Assembly (NCBI GenBank): GCA_031373195.1
Contig: JANMML010000014.1
Coordinates: 26,456 to 90,455 of the forward strand
Length of the DNA stretch: 64,000 bases
Origin: Flavobacterium sp.
GTDB taxonomy: Bacteria > Bacteroidota > Bacteroidia > Flavobacteriales > Flavobacteriaceae
Reading direction: 5' to 3'
The first letter of the stretch is position 1. Each line of letters starts with the position of its first letter. The translations under genes were made by a program, and so were the position numbers. This document shows positions 7,964-17,716 of the stretch, one piece after another. A model generated the notes under the pieces. It did not search any database and had not been told where the DNA came from. It saw nothing but the letters and a program-made list of their open reading frames with translations.

Positions 7964-7971
7964 TATCTTTG
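7964..7971 (+). promoter_or_regulatory. Candidate -7 box (TATCTTTG), with TTTG at 7942-7945 as a possible -33 element
   Basis: Matches the TAnnTTTG consensus with an 18-bp spacer to the upstream TTTG. It sits 22 nt before the ATG at 7994, which supports that start for wza. Confidence 0.5.
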
Positions 7972-7993
7972 TTTGCTAAATTTTTTCAACAAA

Positions 7994-8785
7994 ATGAATA
8001 AGAAAATACTGTTACTTCTATTGGTTTTAGGAGTTTTTTTTTCCTCTTGTGTGCCGATAAAGGACTTAATATATCTCCAAAATAAAGATAACTCTGAGGT
8101 TTCTACTTCCGTTAATCCAGTAAACGCAAAACCATATCGTCTTCAAATAAATGATGTCGTCAGTATTTCGATTAAAGCTAACGACCCAAAACTTGTGCAG
8201 ATTTTTACGCCAAGTAACCAGGTGAATGAATCTGGGAAAAGTGGAGAATCACTTTATTTTGAAGGTTTTACAGTAAATGATCACGGAAATATTAGAATGC
8301 CAGTTTTAGAGGAGTTGAATGTGGTTGGATTTACATTAGATGAGGTTCGACTAATTATCGAAAAGAGATTATTGGAGGAATATTTTAACAAGGAAGCAAG
8401 CATATTTGTCTCTATAAAGTTAGCGGGATTGCGCTATACAGTCAATGGAGAAATTAATATGCCCGGCACTAAGACGCTCTATCAAGAGAAATTGACAATA
8501 ATGGAAGCGATCGCTAATTCGGGTGATATCACTGTTGTTGGAGATCGAAAAAATGTTGTTGTTTTGAGGCAAACTCCATCAGGCACTGAAATGCATACGA
8601 TTGATTTAACGGATATAAAAGCGATGCAATCGCCCTATTACTTTATACAATCGAACGACTACATCTATATTAAACCATTGAAGCAGAAGTCTTGGGGAAC
8701 GGGAAAAACAGGTTTAGAGTCTCTTACTACAGTAGTTTCGATTCTTACTCTTCTAGCCACAACTTTTATTATTTTTAGAAACTAA
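7994..8785 (+). CDS. wza: Polysaccharide export outer-membrane lipoprotein (Wza-like), copy 1
   Basis: Lipobox LLLLVLGVFFSSC, a Poly_export-type core (YRLQINDVVSI) and a SLBB-like region. Confidence 0.85.
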   Translation: MNKKILLLLLVLGVFFSSCVPIKDLIYLQNKDNSEVSTSVNPVNAKPYRLQINDVVSISIKANDPKLVQIFTPSNQVNESGKSGESLYFEGFTVNDHGNIRMPVLEELNVVGFTLDEVRLIIEKRLLEEYFNKEASIFVSIKLAGLRYTVNGEINMPGTKTLYQEKLTIMEAIANSGDITVVGDRKNVVVLRQTPSGTEMHTIDLTDIKAMQSPYYFIQSNDYIYIKPLKQKSWGTGKTGLESLTTVVSILTLLATTFIIFRN

Positions 8786-8792
8786 AACAGGC

Positions 8793-11258
8793 ATGATAGA
8801 TAGCAAAGATTTTTCGTTTTTTGAAAGCCAAAACAGCTTTGATTTCAAAGGTTTCTTGATAAAGATTACAAGTTATTGGAAGTGGTTTCTGTTGAGTTTA
8901 ATCATCACTTTTACGATAGCTTACCAAGTAAATTTAAGAAAAGAAAAGGTATATGAGATGCAAACTTCTATTGCGATAAAAGAAGAGAACAATCCTTTCT
9001 TTACCTCTACGACTAGTTTGGTTTTTAATTGGGGAGGAACCTCAGACCAGGTTCAAAATATTTCAAACACTTTAAAATCAAGATCTCACAACGAGTTAGT
9101 AGTTGAAAAACTAAAGTATTACGTAGATTACTTCAAAAAAAGAAAGTATAATTTTCAAGACGTTTATGGTAGTATTCCGTTTTACATTTCTTTTGACAGG
9201 AATAGTAAACAGCTTTTCGCTAGTCTCATAAACGTCAAGTTTATTAGTGATTCGGAATATGAAATGCGAATTACTTTCGATGGGAATAGTGCGCCACTAG
9301 TCAATTATTTTGATAACAGCAAGAGTGAAATTTCTGTAGTTCCAGGTGAATTTGTAAAGAGATTTAAAGTTGGGCAGCAAGTAAATCTGCCATTTTTAAA
9401 TTTTAAACTAGAACTAACTCCAAATCCAGGATACTATAAAGGTAGTGACTATTATTTTCGATTTAATGAGTTTGACGATGTTGTCGCAAGATACCAAGGA
9501 GTGAAGGTTGATATTGATACCAAAGCACCTTCAATTTTGAGGCTGAATTTGCAAGGAACCAATAAAGCGAGAATGGTAGATTATTTGAATGCAACTGTAA
9601 AAATGTTGATTAGCGTTCAATTAGAAAGAAAAAACCAGTTTGCAACCAATACAATTGAATTTATCGACAGCACTTTAGTTTCCATGGGAAAAGAACTTAA
9701 AGCGACTGGCGATGTTCTCAAGACATTTCATCAAAATAAAGATATTTTGGCCATTCAAGATGAAGGCGGTTCTATTTCAAGTAAGTTGTTAACTTATGAA
9801 GTTGAAAGAGATATGATTAATAGGAAAATTTCCTATTACAACACCCTAAGAACGTATCTTAAAAATAGCATGGACTATTCGAAACTCCCGGCGCCAACCG
9901 TGGCGGGGATTGACGATCCAAATATATTACTCAATGTCTCTAAATTGATTGAACTTTCAACCAGGAGATCGGAACTTGCTTACTCTGTAAAAAGCGAAAA
10001 GATCTTTAGGGATTTTGACATTCAAATGGAATCGATTAAGAGAGTTTTGTTGGAAAATATTAGTTCGGTCGGTTCAGCTTTAAAACTTGATCTTACTCTG
10101 GTTAATAATAAAATTAATGGGTTAGAAAGTAATATAAAGAAACTTCCGGAAGAAAAGCAAGAGTACTTAAAAATAGTGAGACAGTATGATTTGAGTGACA
10201 ATATCTATAATACTTTTCTCCAAAAAAGGAATGAAGCTGAAATTGTAAAGGCGGCTAATTTATCAGATATTCATTTTATAGATCCAGCTAAAGATACCGG
10301 CGGAGGTTTAATTGGACCAAATACAAGTGTAAATTATGTCTTAGCAAGTTTTCTGGGACTTATTATTCCATTGATAATTGTATTCATTGTGTTTTTCTTA
10401 GAGAATTCTATTTTAAATACCGAAGATATTGGGAAACTTACTTCTATTCCTCTAATTGGTGTGGTGGGAATAAAGCATTCAAATACCAACCTCTCGGTAT
10501 TTGAGCGACCAAAATCAGCGTTGTCAGAATCCTTTAGGACGATTCGTTCATCGCTACAGTTCTTGTATAAGAAATATGATATTTCGGGTTCAAAAACCTT
10601 AATGTTAACTTCATCAATTAGCGGGGAAGGCAAAACATTTTGTTCTTTAAATTTGGCAACTGTTTTTGCTATGAGCGAAAAGAAAACGGTAATTGTGGGT
10701 CTGGATTTACGTAAACCTAGAATATTTGAAGATTTCAATATAAAAAATGACATCGGGGTAGTGAATTATTTAATTGGACAAAAGACAATAGAAGAAGTTG
10801 TGCAAAAAACGCATATTCCTTACTTGGATGTAATCACTTCCGGTCCAATACCGCCTAATCCTTCAGAGATTATTATTGGTGAGAGCATGAGGGAATTTAT
10901 GAGAATCTTAAAATCGCGCTACGATTATATTATTCTAGATACGCCTCCAGTAGGATTAGTTTCTGATGCTATTGAATTGGCAGAATATGCAGATTTGACA
11001 CTTTACATTATGCGCCAGAACTATACGAAAAAGGATATGATTACTTTGTTGAATAATAGAATTAAGCGTGGTGAATTGGAGAACATTAGTATTATTTTTA
11101 ATGGCTTCCAGAACAAAGCAAAATATGGTACTGGTTATGGTTACGGTTATGGTTACGGCTATGGCTATGGCTATGGTAATTACGGAAACGGCTATCATGA
11201 AAATGATAAACCAAAAAACATATGGGAAAGTATAAAAGGATTTATAAGCAAAATCTAA
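8793..11258 (+). CDS. wzc: Wzc-like chain-length determinant fused to a BY tyrosine kinase, copy 1
   Basis: 821 aa. Contains a Wzz domain, a coiled-coil periplasmic region, a second TM helix, Walker A SGEGKTF, DTPP and the C-terminal tail GYGYGYGYGYGYGYGNYGNGY. Confidence 0.85.
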   Translation: MIDSKDFSFFESQNSFDFKGFLIKITSYWKWFLLSLIITFTIAYQVNLRKEKVYEMQTSIAIKEENNPFFTSTTSLVFNWGGTSDQVQNISNTLKSRSHNELVVEKLKYYVDYFKKRKYNFQDVYGSIPFYISFDRNSKQLFASLINVKFISDSEYEMRITFDGNSAPLVNYFDNSKSEISVVPGEFVKRFKVGQQVNLPFLNFKLELTPNPGYYKGSDYYFRFNEFDDVVARYQGVKVDIDTKAPSILRLNLQGTNKARMVDYLNATVKMLISVQLERKNQFATNTIEFIDSTLVSMGKELKATGDVLKTFHQNKDILAIQDEGGSISSKLLTYEVERDMINRKISYYNTLRTYLKNSMDYSKLPAPTVAGIDDPNILLNVSKLIELSTRRSELAYSVKSEKIFRDFDIQMESIKRVLLENISSVGSALKLDLTLVNNKINGLESNIKKLPEEKQEYLKIVRQYDLSDNIYNTFLQKRNEAEIVKAANLSDIHFIDPAKDTGGGLIGPNTSVNYVLASFLGLIIPLIIVFIVFFLENSILNTEDIGKLTSIPLIGVVGIKHSNTNLSVFERPKSALSESFRTIRSSLQFLYKKYDISGSKTLMLTSSISGEGKTFCSLNLATVFAMSEKKTVIVGLDLRKPRIFEDFNIKNDIGVVNYLIGQKTIEEVVQKTHIPYLDVITSGPIPPNPSEIIIGESMREFMRILKSRYDYIILDTPPVGLVSDAIELAEYADLTLYIMRQNYTKKDMITLLNNRIKRGELENISIIFNGFQNKAKYGTGYGYGYGYGYGYGYGNYGNGYHENDKPKNIWESIKGFISKI

Positions 11259-11278
11259 CGATTATTAGAGAATACTAA

Positions 11279-12262
11279 ATGGGAAACGCTTCTAAATATA
11301 ATATTTTAATTACTGGTGGAGCGGGATTTATTGGCTCGAACCTATGTGAGTATTTTATTAATAAAGGTCATCACGTTGTTTGTTTGGACAATTTTGCTAC
11401 GGGTCATCGACATAATATAGCGGCGCTTCTGAGCCATCCTAATTTTAGCTTGATAGAAGCTGATATTCGGAATTTGGCAGATTGTGAAAGAGCAGTTAAG
11501 GGATGTGATTTTGTGCTGCATCAGGCTGCCTTGGGTTCTGTGCCGCGCTCTATTCATGATCCGATTACGACAAATGAGGTAAATATTTCTGGATTTCTAA
11601 ATATGTTACAAGCTGCTCGTGATGCAAAGGTCAAAAGATTTATTTATGCTGCTAGTTCTTCAACTTATGGTGATTCTGTAGCAATTCCGAAAGAGGAGGA
11701 CAAGATCGGAAAACCGCTTTCTCCTTATGCAATCACAAAGTACGTGAATGAACTGTACGCTGATATTTTCAGCAAAACCTATGGAATAGAAACCATTGGT
11801 TTGAGATATTTTAATGTATTTGGTAGAAAGCAAGATCCCAATGGCGCCTATGCAGCGGTTATTCCAAAGTTTGTAATGCAATTAATAAATCATGATAGTC
11901 CAATAATTAATGGTGACGGGAATTATTCAAGGGATTTCACTTATATAGACAATATTATACAAATTAATGAGTTGGCCATGTTAACTCAAAACAAAGATGC
12001 TGTTAATACAGTTTATAATGCCGCTTTTGGAGACCGCACCACTTTAAATGACCTAGTGAGATTCCTCAAAGTTTCTTTGTCTAATTTTGATCCTAAAATT
12101 TTGGAAACACCTATTGTTTATGGACCAAATCGAGCAGGAGATATTCCACATTCATTGGCGAGTATTTCGAAGGCGCAGGATTTATTAGGATATCAACCCC
12201 AGTTCTCGATGCAAGAGGGTCTAAATGAAGCAGTAAAATGGTATTGGGATAATCTCAAGTAG
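11279..12262 (+). CDS. SDR-type UDP-HexNAc(A) 4-epimerase (WbpP/TviC-like)
   Basis: GGAGFIGSN and YxxxK (SPYAITKY) motifs, with close overall resemblance to the WbpP/VipB family. Confidence 0.78.
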   Translation: MGNASKYNILITGGAGFIGSNLCEYFINKGHHVVCLDNFATGHRHNIAALLSHPNFSLIEADIRNLADCERAVKGCDFVLHQAALGSVPRSIHDPITTNEVNISGFLNMLQAARDAKVKRFIYAASSSTYGDSVAIPKEEDKIGKPLSPYAITKYVNELYADIFSKTYGIETIGLRYFNVFGRKQDPNGAYAAVIPKFVMQLINHDSPIINGDGNYSRDFTYIDNIIQINELAMLTQNKDAVNTVYNAAFGDRTTLNDLVRFLKVSLSNFDPKILETPIVYGPNRAGDIPHSLASISKAQDLLGYQPQFSMQEGLNEAVKWYWDNLK

Positions 12263-12284
12263 TTTACAATTAAATTTAATTAGA

Positions 12285-13559
12285 ATGAAAATAGCAGTTG
12301 TTGGATTAGGATATGTGGGTTTACCTCTTGCGCGACTTTTTGCAACAAAGTATTGCGTGGTCGGCTTTGATATCAATGAGAAAAGAGTCAACGAATTAAA
12401 TGATGGTATCGATAGCACGCTTGAAATTGATGCGGAATTATTAAAATCTGTGTTATTAAAAGATACTTCCAATAATACAAATGGTCTGTTATGTACTACG
12501 GATATTGAACAAATTAGAGATTGTAACTATTATGTGGTAACAGTTCCAACACCGGTTGATAAAAATAATCGACCTGACCTGACACCTTTATACAAATCAA
12601 GTGAAACTGTTGGGAAAGTCCTTAAAAAAGGGGATATAGTTATTTATGAATCGACCGTATATCCCGGAGTTACTGAAGATGAATGTGTTCCTGTCCTAGA
12701 AAGGGTAAGTGGTTTGAAATTCAATGTTGATTTTTTTGCAGGATATTCTCCCGAAAGAATCAATCCCGGAGATAAATTGCATACGGTTGAAAAGATACTT
12801 AAAGTAACTGCTGGATCAACGCCTGAGATTGGGATCAAAGTGAATGAACTTTACAAATCAGTAATTACTGCTGGGACCCATTTAGCGCCAACAATCAAAG
12901 TAGCTGAAGCCGCCAAAGTAATCGAAAATTCACAGCGAGACATCAACATTGCTTTTGTAAATGAATTGTCCAAAATTTTTAATATACTTAATATAGATAC
13001 CCACGCGGTATTAGAAGCAGCGGGGACAAAGTGGAATTTTCTGCCATTTAAGCCTGGGCTAGTTGGTGGTCATTGCATCGGTGTTGACCCCTACTATTTA
13101 GCACAGAAAGCACAAGAAATGGGATATCATCCTGAGATAATTTTAGCAGGTCGAAGACTAAATGATAGTATGGGTGAGTATGTAGCCTCTCAAGTAGTGA
13201 AGTTGATGATTAAAAAAGGGGTGGTTGTGAATGGATCTCAATTGTTAATGTTGGGAATTACCTTTAAAGAAAATTGCCCTGATGTGAGAAACACAAAAAT
13301 TGTTGATGTTATTTCTTCTTTATCTGAATATGGAATTGAAGTTAGTATATATGATCCTTGGGCGAATCCATCAGAAGTTGCCCACGAGTACAACTTAATT
13401 ACAACCACTGTATTACCGAACAAGAAGTTTGATGCTATAGTTTTGGGAGTATCACATGATTATTTCACCACCGTCGATTTCGAGGCGATTAGGAAAGAAA
13501 ATTCCGTCCTTTACGACGTTAAGGGCGTGTTGGGATCAAAAGCAGATGGTAAATTGTAA
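12285..13559 (+). CDS. UDP-N-acetyl-hexosamine 6-dehydrogenase (WbpO/WbpA/TviB-like nucleotide-sugar dehydrogenase)
   Basis: N-terminus MKIAVVGLGYVGLPLA, catalytic Cys context GGHCIG, 424 aa. Confidence 0.8.
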   Translation: MKIAVVGLGYVGLPLARLFATKYCVVGFDINEKRVNELNDGIDSTLEIDAELLKSVLLKDTSNNTNGLLCTTDIEQIRDCNYYVVTVPTPVDKNNRPDLTPLYKSSETVGKVLKKGDIVIYESTVYPGVTEDECVPVLERVSGLKFNVDFFAGYSPERINPGDKLHTVEKILKVTAGSTPEIGIKVNELYKSVITAGTHLAPTIKVAEAAKVIENSQRDINIAFVNELSKIFNILNIDTHAVLEAAGTKWNFLPFKPGLVGGHCIGVDPYYLAQKAQEMGYHPEIILAGRRLNDSMGEYVASQVVKLMIKKGVVVNGSQLLMLGITFKENCPDVRNTKIVDVISSLSEYGIEVSIYDPWANPSEVAHEYNLITTTVLPNKKFDAIVLGVSHDYFTTVDFEAIRKENSVLYDVKGVLGSKADGKL

Positions 13560-13581
13560 TTAAGAGAATTGAATAATTGAT

Positions 13582-14979
13582 ATGAAAATAAACTCTATTT
13601 GTTGTATTGGTGCAGGTTACGTTGGAGGTCCGACAATGGCGATTATTGCGCAAAAATGTCCACATATAAAAGTTACTGTTGTTGATTTAAATGCTGAAAG
13701 AATTGCAGCATGGAACGATTCGGATGTAAACAATATACCGATTTACGAACCTGGTTTAAGCGAGTTGGTTGCAGAGGCGAGAGGACGAAATTTGTTTTTC
13801 TCAACAGAGGTTGACAAAGCGATTTCCGAGGCGCAGATGATCTTTATTTCGGTTAATACGCCAACTAAAACGTACGGTCTAGGGAAGGGTATGGCGGCTG
13901 ATTTAAAATACATCGAACTGTGTGCGCGACAAATTGCCAATGTGGCAAAGGACAATAAAATTGTAGTTGAAAAGTCAACCTTACCTGTAAGAACCGCTGA
14001 GGCAATAAAGAGTATTTTGGACAACACTGGAAACGGCGTACAATTTCAAATCTTATCAAACCCTGAATTTCTTGCAGAAGGAACTGCTGTTAAGGATTTG
14101 CAAAATCCAGATCGTGTTCTTATTGGTGGAAATACCTCAAAAGAAGGTGACGAAGCTATTAGAGCGTTGGTTGAAATTTATGAAAATTGGGTTCCTAAAG
14201 AAAATATCTTAACGACTAATTTGTGGTCTTCTGAATTGTCGAAATTAACAGCAAATGCTTTTTTGGCACAACGGGTATCTTCTATAAATGCTATTTCGGA
14301 ATTATGCGAAAAAACAGGAGCAAATGTCGATGAAGTTGCCATGGCTATTGGAATGGATAGTAGAATTGGTCCAAAATTCCTCAAGTCTTCCGTTGGTTTT
14401 GGTGGTTCTTGTTTTCAAAAGGACATTTTAAATTTGGTTTATATAGCCAAATCATATGGACTAAATGAAGTAGCAGATTATTGGGAGCAAGTAGTTATAA
14501 TGAATGACCATCAAAAGAGAAGGTTTGCTAGTAACATTGTTCAAACTTTATACAATACAGTGGCTGGCAAAAAGATTTGCTTTCTTGGCTGGGCATTTAA
14601 GAAGGATACCAATGACACAAGGGAATCTGCGGCCATAAATGTTGCAGAGTATCTGTTGCACGAACAAGCGAAAATTGCAATATTTGACCCCAAAGTCAAA
14701 AGAAAGCAGATTATCTCTGACTTAAATTATCTCGAAACTTTAGATTCAGTAGCAGTAGATAATTCAATCGAATCATTTGAAGATCCTTACGAGGCAAGTA
14801 AAGGTGCTCACGCGATAGCAATCTTGACGGAGTGGGATGAATTTAAAACCTATGATTGGCAAAAAATTTATGATCAAATGCAAAAACCAGCCTTTATTTT
14901 TGACGGTCGAAATATTTTGGATTCGAAGAAAATGAAAGCGATTGGATTCAATTTTAGTGCCGTCGGAACTTCTCATTAG
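13582..14979 (+). CDS. ugd: UDP-glucose 6-dehydrogenase (long, eukaryote-like type)
   Basis: 465 aa. Motifs [21 protein letters not shown] and [11 protein letters not shown]. Confidence 0.9.
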   Translation: MKINSICCIGAGYVGGPTMAIIAQKCPHIKVTVVDLNAERIAAWNDSDVNNIPIYEPGLSELVAEARGRNLFFSTEVDKAISEAQMIFISVNTPTKTYGLGKGMAADLKYIELCARQIANVAKDNKIVVEKSTLPVRTAEAIKSILDNTGNGVQFQILSNPEFLAEGTAVKDLQNPDRVLIGGNTSKEGDEAIRALVEIYENWVPKENILTTNLWSSELSKLTANAFLAQRVSSINAISELCEKTGANVDEVAMAIGMDSRIGPKFLKSSVGFGGSCFQKDILNLVYIAKSYGLNEVADYWEQVVIMNDHQKRRFASNIVQTLYNTVAGKKICFLGWAFKKDTNDTRESAAINVAEYLLHEQAKIAIFDPKVKRKQIISDLNYLETLDSVAVDNSIESFEDPYEASKGAHAIAILTEWDEFKTYDWQKIYDQMQKPAFIFDGRNILDSKKMKAIGFNFSAVGTSH

Positions 14980-15100
14980 CCATAATTTATTAGTCAATTC
15001 TTAATCGTTTCATTACAATTTCTTTGCACTTCCTTACTTGATTTAAGTCAATTTTGAAAAAATAAATTAACTTTATGGTTATTTATTATTTTTAAATAAA

Positions 15101-15128
15101 AACGAGTACTTTTGTTACTCGTTATTTT
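15101..15128 (+). terminator. Hairpin followed by a T-run: a possible terminator of the wza1-ugd block, overlapping a TACTTTTG -7-like box (15107-15114)
   Basis: An 8-bp stem AACGAGTA/TACTCGTT with a 7-nt loop, followed by ATTTTAAAA. The role is ambiguous because a TAnnTTTG match spans the 5' stem arm and loop. Confidence 0.4.
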
Positions 15129-15140
15129 AAAATGTATTTC

Positions 15141-15647
15141 ATGCTTGAATCATTAATAACTTCTAAAACGCGCTTACGAATATTAGTAAAGTTTTTTATA
15201 AACGTTGCCAATAATGGATATTTGAGAGGTTTGGCGGAAGAACTTAATGAATCTACCAACTCAATTCGCAAAGAGTTAAATAACCTCTTGGAAGCAGGAT
15301 ATCTTGAAAAAGAATCTATTCAAAATAGGATTATTTACAAAGCCAATACAAAACACCCACTTTTTTCGGTACTACAAAAAATTGTTCGCCAACATATAGG
15401 CCTTGATGCAATCGTGGAAATGATCTTGCAGCGCATGGGTCATGTCGAATCTGTCGTGATTGTTGGAGATTACGCAAAAGGAATTGACAGCGGAACAATT
15501 CAAGTGGTGTTAGTCGGGAGCAATTTGAATTCCGATTATATTGAGCAATTGGTGACGAAGATTGAAAAGGAGATTAAGCGGAAAGTGCAATTTCAGATTA
15601 CAGAAAAGCATGACGGACAAGGTTTAATTATTTATGAATCAATCTAA
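15141..15647 (+). CDS. Winged-helix (ArsR-like) transcriptional regulator with a degenerate nucleotidyltransferase-like C-terminal domain
   Basis: The N-terminus TSKTRLRILVKFF....GYLRGLAEELNESTNSIRKELNNLLEAGYL indicates a wHTH. The C-terminal segment VVIVGDYAKGIDSGTIQVVLVG resembles the GSxARG...DxD motif of minimal NTases but lacks the DxD acidic pair. Confidence 0.55.
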   Translation: MLESLITSKTRLRILVKFFINVANNGYLRGLAEELNESTNSIRKELNNLLEAGYLEKESIQNRIIYKANTKHPLFSVLQKIVRQHIGLDAIVEMILQRMGHVESVVIVGDYAKGIDSGTIQVVLVGSNLNSDYIEQLVTKIEKEIKRKVQFQITEKHDGQGLIIYESI

Positions 15648-15658
15648 GTAATTGCAGT

Positions 15659-16129
15659 ATGCCATGGTACGTAATATATACAAAACCTAAGAATGAAAAG
15701 AAAGTTGCTGATCGATTGCAACTTATAGGAGTTGAGGTTTATTGTCCTTTGGTTACTGTAGTAAAACAATGGTCTGATCGAAAAAAGAAGGTGCAAATAC
15801 CATTGTTCAATTCGTATTTGTTTGTCAATTTAGACGAAAAAGAAAGAGAAAATGTGTTTCAAGTTCAAGGCGTTGTTCGCTACTTGTTTTGGTTAGGCAA
15901 ACCTGCAGTTGTGCGCGAAGAAGAGATAGTAGCTTTGAAAGAAGGATTAAAAGAAACAATTATTTCATATGAAGTGCGAGGGATTAAAGTTGGTGATATA
16001 TTGCCTATTCCAAGTGGGCCTTTTCATGGAAAAGAGGGAATAATAAAACAAATAAATAAAAACAGTTTGCAATTAGTTTTAACTGAATTAGGTGTATTAA
16101 TTACGCTGAACAGGGAAGACAAAGAGTAA
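15659..16129 (+). CDS. UpxY-family (NusG-like) transcription antiterminator
   Basis: 156 aa. The NGN-like N-terminus WYVIYTKPKNEKKVADRL and the KOW-like segment GDILPIPSGPFHGKEGII fit this family. Confidence 0.8.
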   Translation: MPWYVIYTKPKNEKKVADRLQLIGVEVYCPLVTVVKQWSDRKKKVQIPLFNSYLFVNLDEKERENVFQVQGVVRYLFWLGKPAVVREEEIVALKEGLKETIISYEVRGIKVGDILPIPSGPFHGKEGIIKQINKNSLQLVLTELGVLITLNREDKE

Positions 16130-16214
16130 ACAAATTAGCGCCATAAGCAGTCATTAGTTTCATTTTTTGGGACTGATGGGGCGAAGCCGTGGAGAAAAAC
16201 AAATATTTTTGGTT

Positions 16215-17261
16215 ATGAAAAAAGTATTAATTACCGGAGGGGCTGGATTTATTGGGTCGCATGTGGTCAGAAGAATGGTCAAAAACTATGCTGACTATCA
16301 AATTTTTAATTTAGATGCGCTCACCTATGCCGGCAACCTAGAAAATATCACTGATATACAAGATTGCCCCAACTATACTTTTATTAAAGGTGATATCGTT
16401 GATGCTGATTTTATCAATGCGCTTTTCCAAAAGCATCAATTTGATAGTGTCATTCATTTGGCTGCGGAATCGCATGTAGATCGATCTATTACGGATCCAC
16501 TTTCTTTTGTAAAAACCAACGTAATTGGTACCATGAATTTGCTTAATGCGGCAAAAGAAATTTGGAGCGGTAACATTGAAGGCAAACGGTTTTATCACAT
16601 CAGTACAGACGAAGTGTATGGTTCACTGGGTGCAACTGGCTTATTTACCGAAACAACTCCGTATGATCCCAATTCTCCTTATTCAGCGTCCAAAGCTAGT
16701 TCCGATCATTTTGTAAGAGCCTATGGAGAAACGTATGGTTTGCCTTATGTCATTACGAATTGCTCTAATAACTATGGGCCAAACCATTTTCCAGAGAAAC
16801 TAATTCCATTACTCATCAATAACATTCTTCAAAGTAAACCTTTGCCTGTTTATGGAGACGGAAAATATACTCGTGATTGGTTATTTGTAATTGATCATGC
16901 CATTGCCATTGATTTGGTGTTTCATCAAGGGAAAAATCATGAAACCTATAATATTGGTGGTTTCAATGAATGGCAGAATATCGATTTGGTCAGGTTGCTT
17001 TGCCAAAAAATGGATGAAAAAATCGGGAAGGAAGAAGGCACTTCAGCACAGTTAATCACGTTTGTAAAAGATCGCCCAGGCCACGATCTTCGATATGCCA
17101 TCGATGCTTCCAAAATCAGCAAAGAGTTAGGCTGGAAACCATCCGTCACATTCGAAGAAGGTTTATCTCAAACCATCGACTGGTATCTGAACAATAGAAA
17201 TTGGTTAGAAAATGTTACTAGCGGCAATTACCAGAAGTATTACGAAAATCAATATCATTAA
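16215..17261 (+). CDS. rfbB: dTDP-glucose 4,6-dehydratase
   Basis: Motifs MKKVLITGGAGFIGSH, SPYSASKASSD and HISTDEVYG. The ATG at 16215 is preferred over the ORF-track start at 16167. Confidence 0.92.
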   Translation: MKKVLITGGAGFIGSHVVRRMVKNYADYQIFNLDALTYAGNLENITDIQDCPNYTFIKGDIVDADFINALFQKHQFDSVIHLAAESHVDRSITDPLSFVKTNVIGTMNLLNAAKEIWSGNIEGKRFYHISTDEVYGSLGATGLFTETTPYDPNSPYSASKASSDHFVRAYGETYGLPYVITNCSNNYGPNHFPEKLIPLLINNILQSKPLPVYGDGKYTRDWLFVIDHAIAIDLVFHQGKNHETYNIGGFNEWQNIDLVRLLCQKMDEKIGKEEGTSAQLITFVKDRPGHDLRYAIDASKISKELGWKPSVTFEEGLSQTIDWYLNNRNWLENVTSGNYQKYYENQYH

Positions 17262-17293
17262 AAGACATATTGAATTCATTTAATTGTAATCCA

Positions 17294-17710
17294 ATGCACA
17301 TGAAAGCGGATTTTTCAATACCACAAATCATACAACTTCCGAAAATTACGGATGTTCGCGGGAATCTGTCATTTTTGCAAAATGAAGATCAAATTCCATT
17401 TAATATTAAACGTGTTTTTTGGATATATGACGTGCCGGGAGGAGAAACAAGAGGCGGTCACGCATTCAAAACGCAACAAGAACTGATCATTGTTATTAGC
17501 GGAAGTATTGATATTCTTGTCATGGATTGCACTGGAAAAGAAACAAAGTTCTGCCTGAATCGCTCGTATTCGGGTTTGTATATTCCGCCCATGCATTGGC
17601 GCCATTTAGAAAATTTTTCTACCAATTCCGTGTCGGTGCATTTATCGAGCGCTGATTTTTCAGAAGCGGATTACATAAGAAATTACAATGAATTTATAGA
17701 TGCTAAATAA
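17294..17710 (+). CDS. FdtA/WxcM-like cupin (sugar 3,4-ketoisomerase family), copy 1, with an HAF variant of the HxH motif
   Basis: Contains RGNLSFLQ...PFNIKRVFWIYDVPGGETRGGHAFK. The start is uncertain (ATG at 17294 or 17300; the track gives TTG at 17270). Confidence 0.72.
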   Translation: MHMKADFSIPQIIQLPKITDVRGNLSFLQNEDQIPFNIKRVFWIYDVPGGETRGGHAFKTQQELIIVISGSIDILVMDCTGKETKFCLNRSYSGLYIPPMHWRHLENFSTNSVSVHLSSADFSEADYIRNYNEFIDAK

Positions 17711-17716
17711 GAGTTT

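Noticed and set aside
14980-15131. Invertible (phase-variable) promoter upstream of the regulator/UpxY pair, as in Bacteroides capsule loci
   Set aside because: No substantial inverted repeats flank the region. There is only an 8-bp direct repeat AGTCAATT and the 8-bp hairpin, and no site-specific recombinase gene is present in the window.
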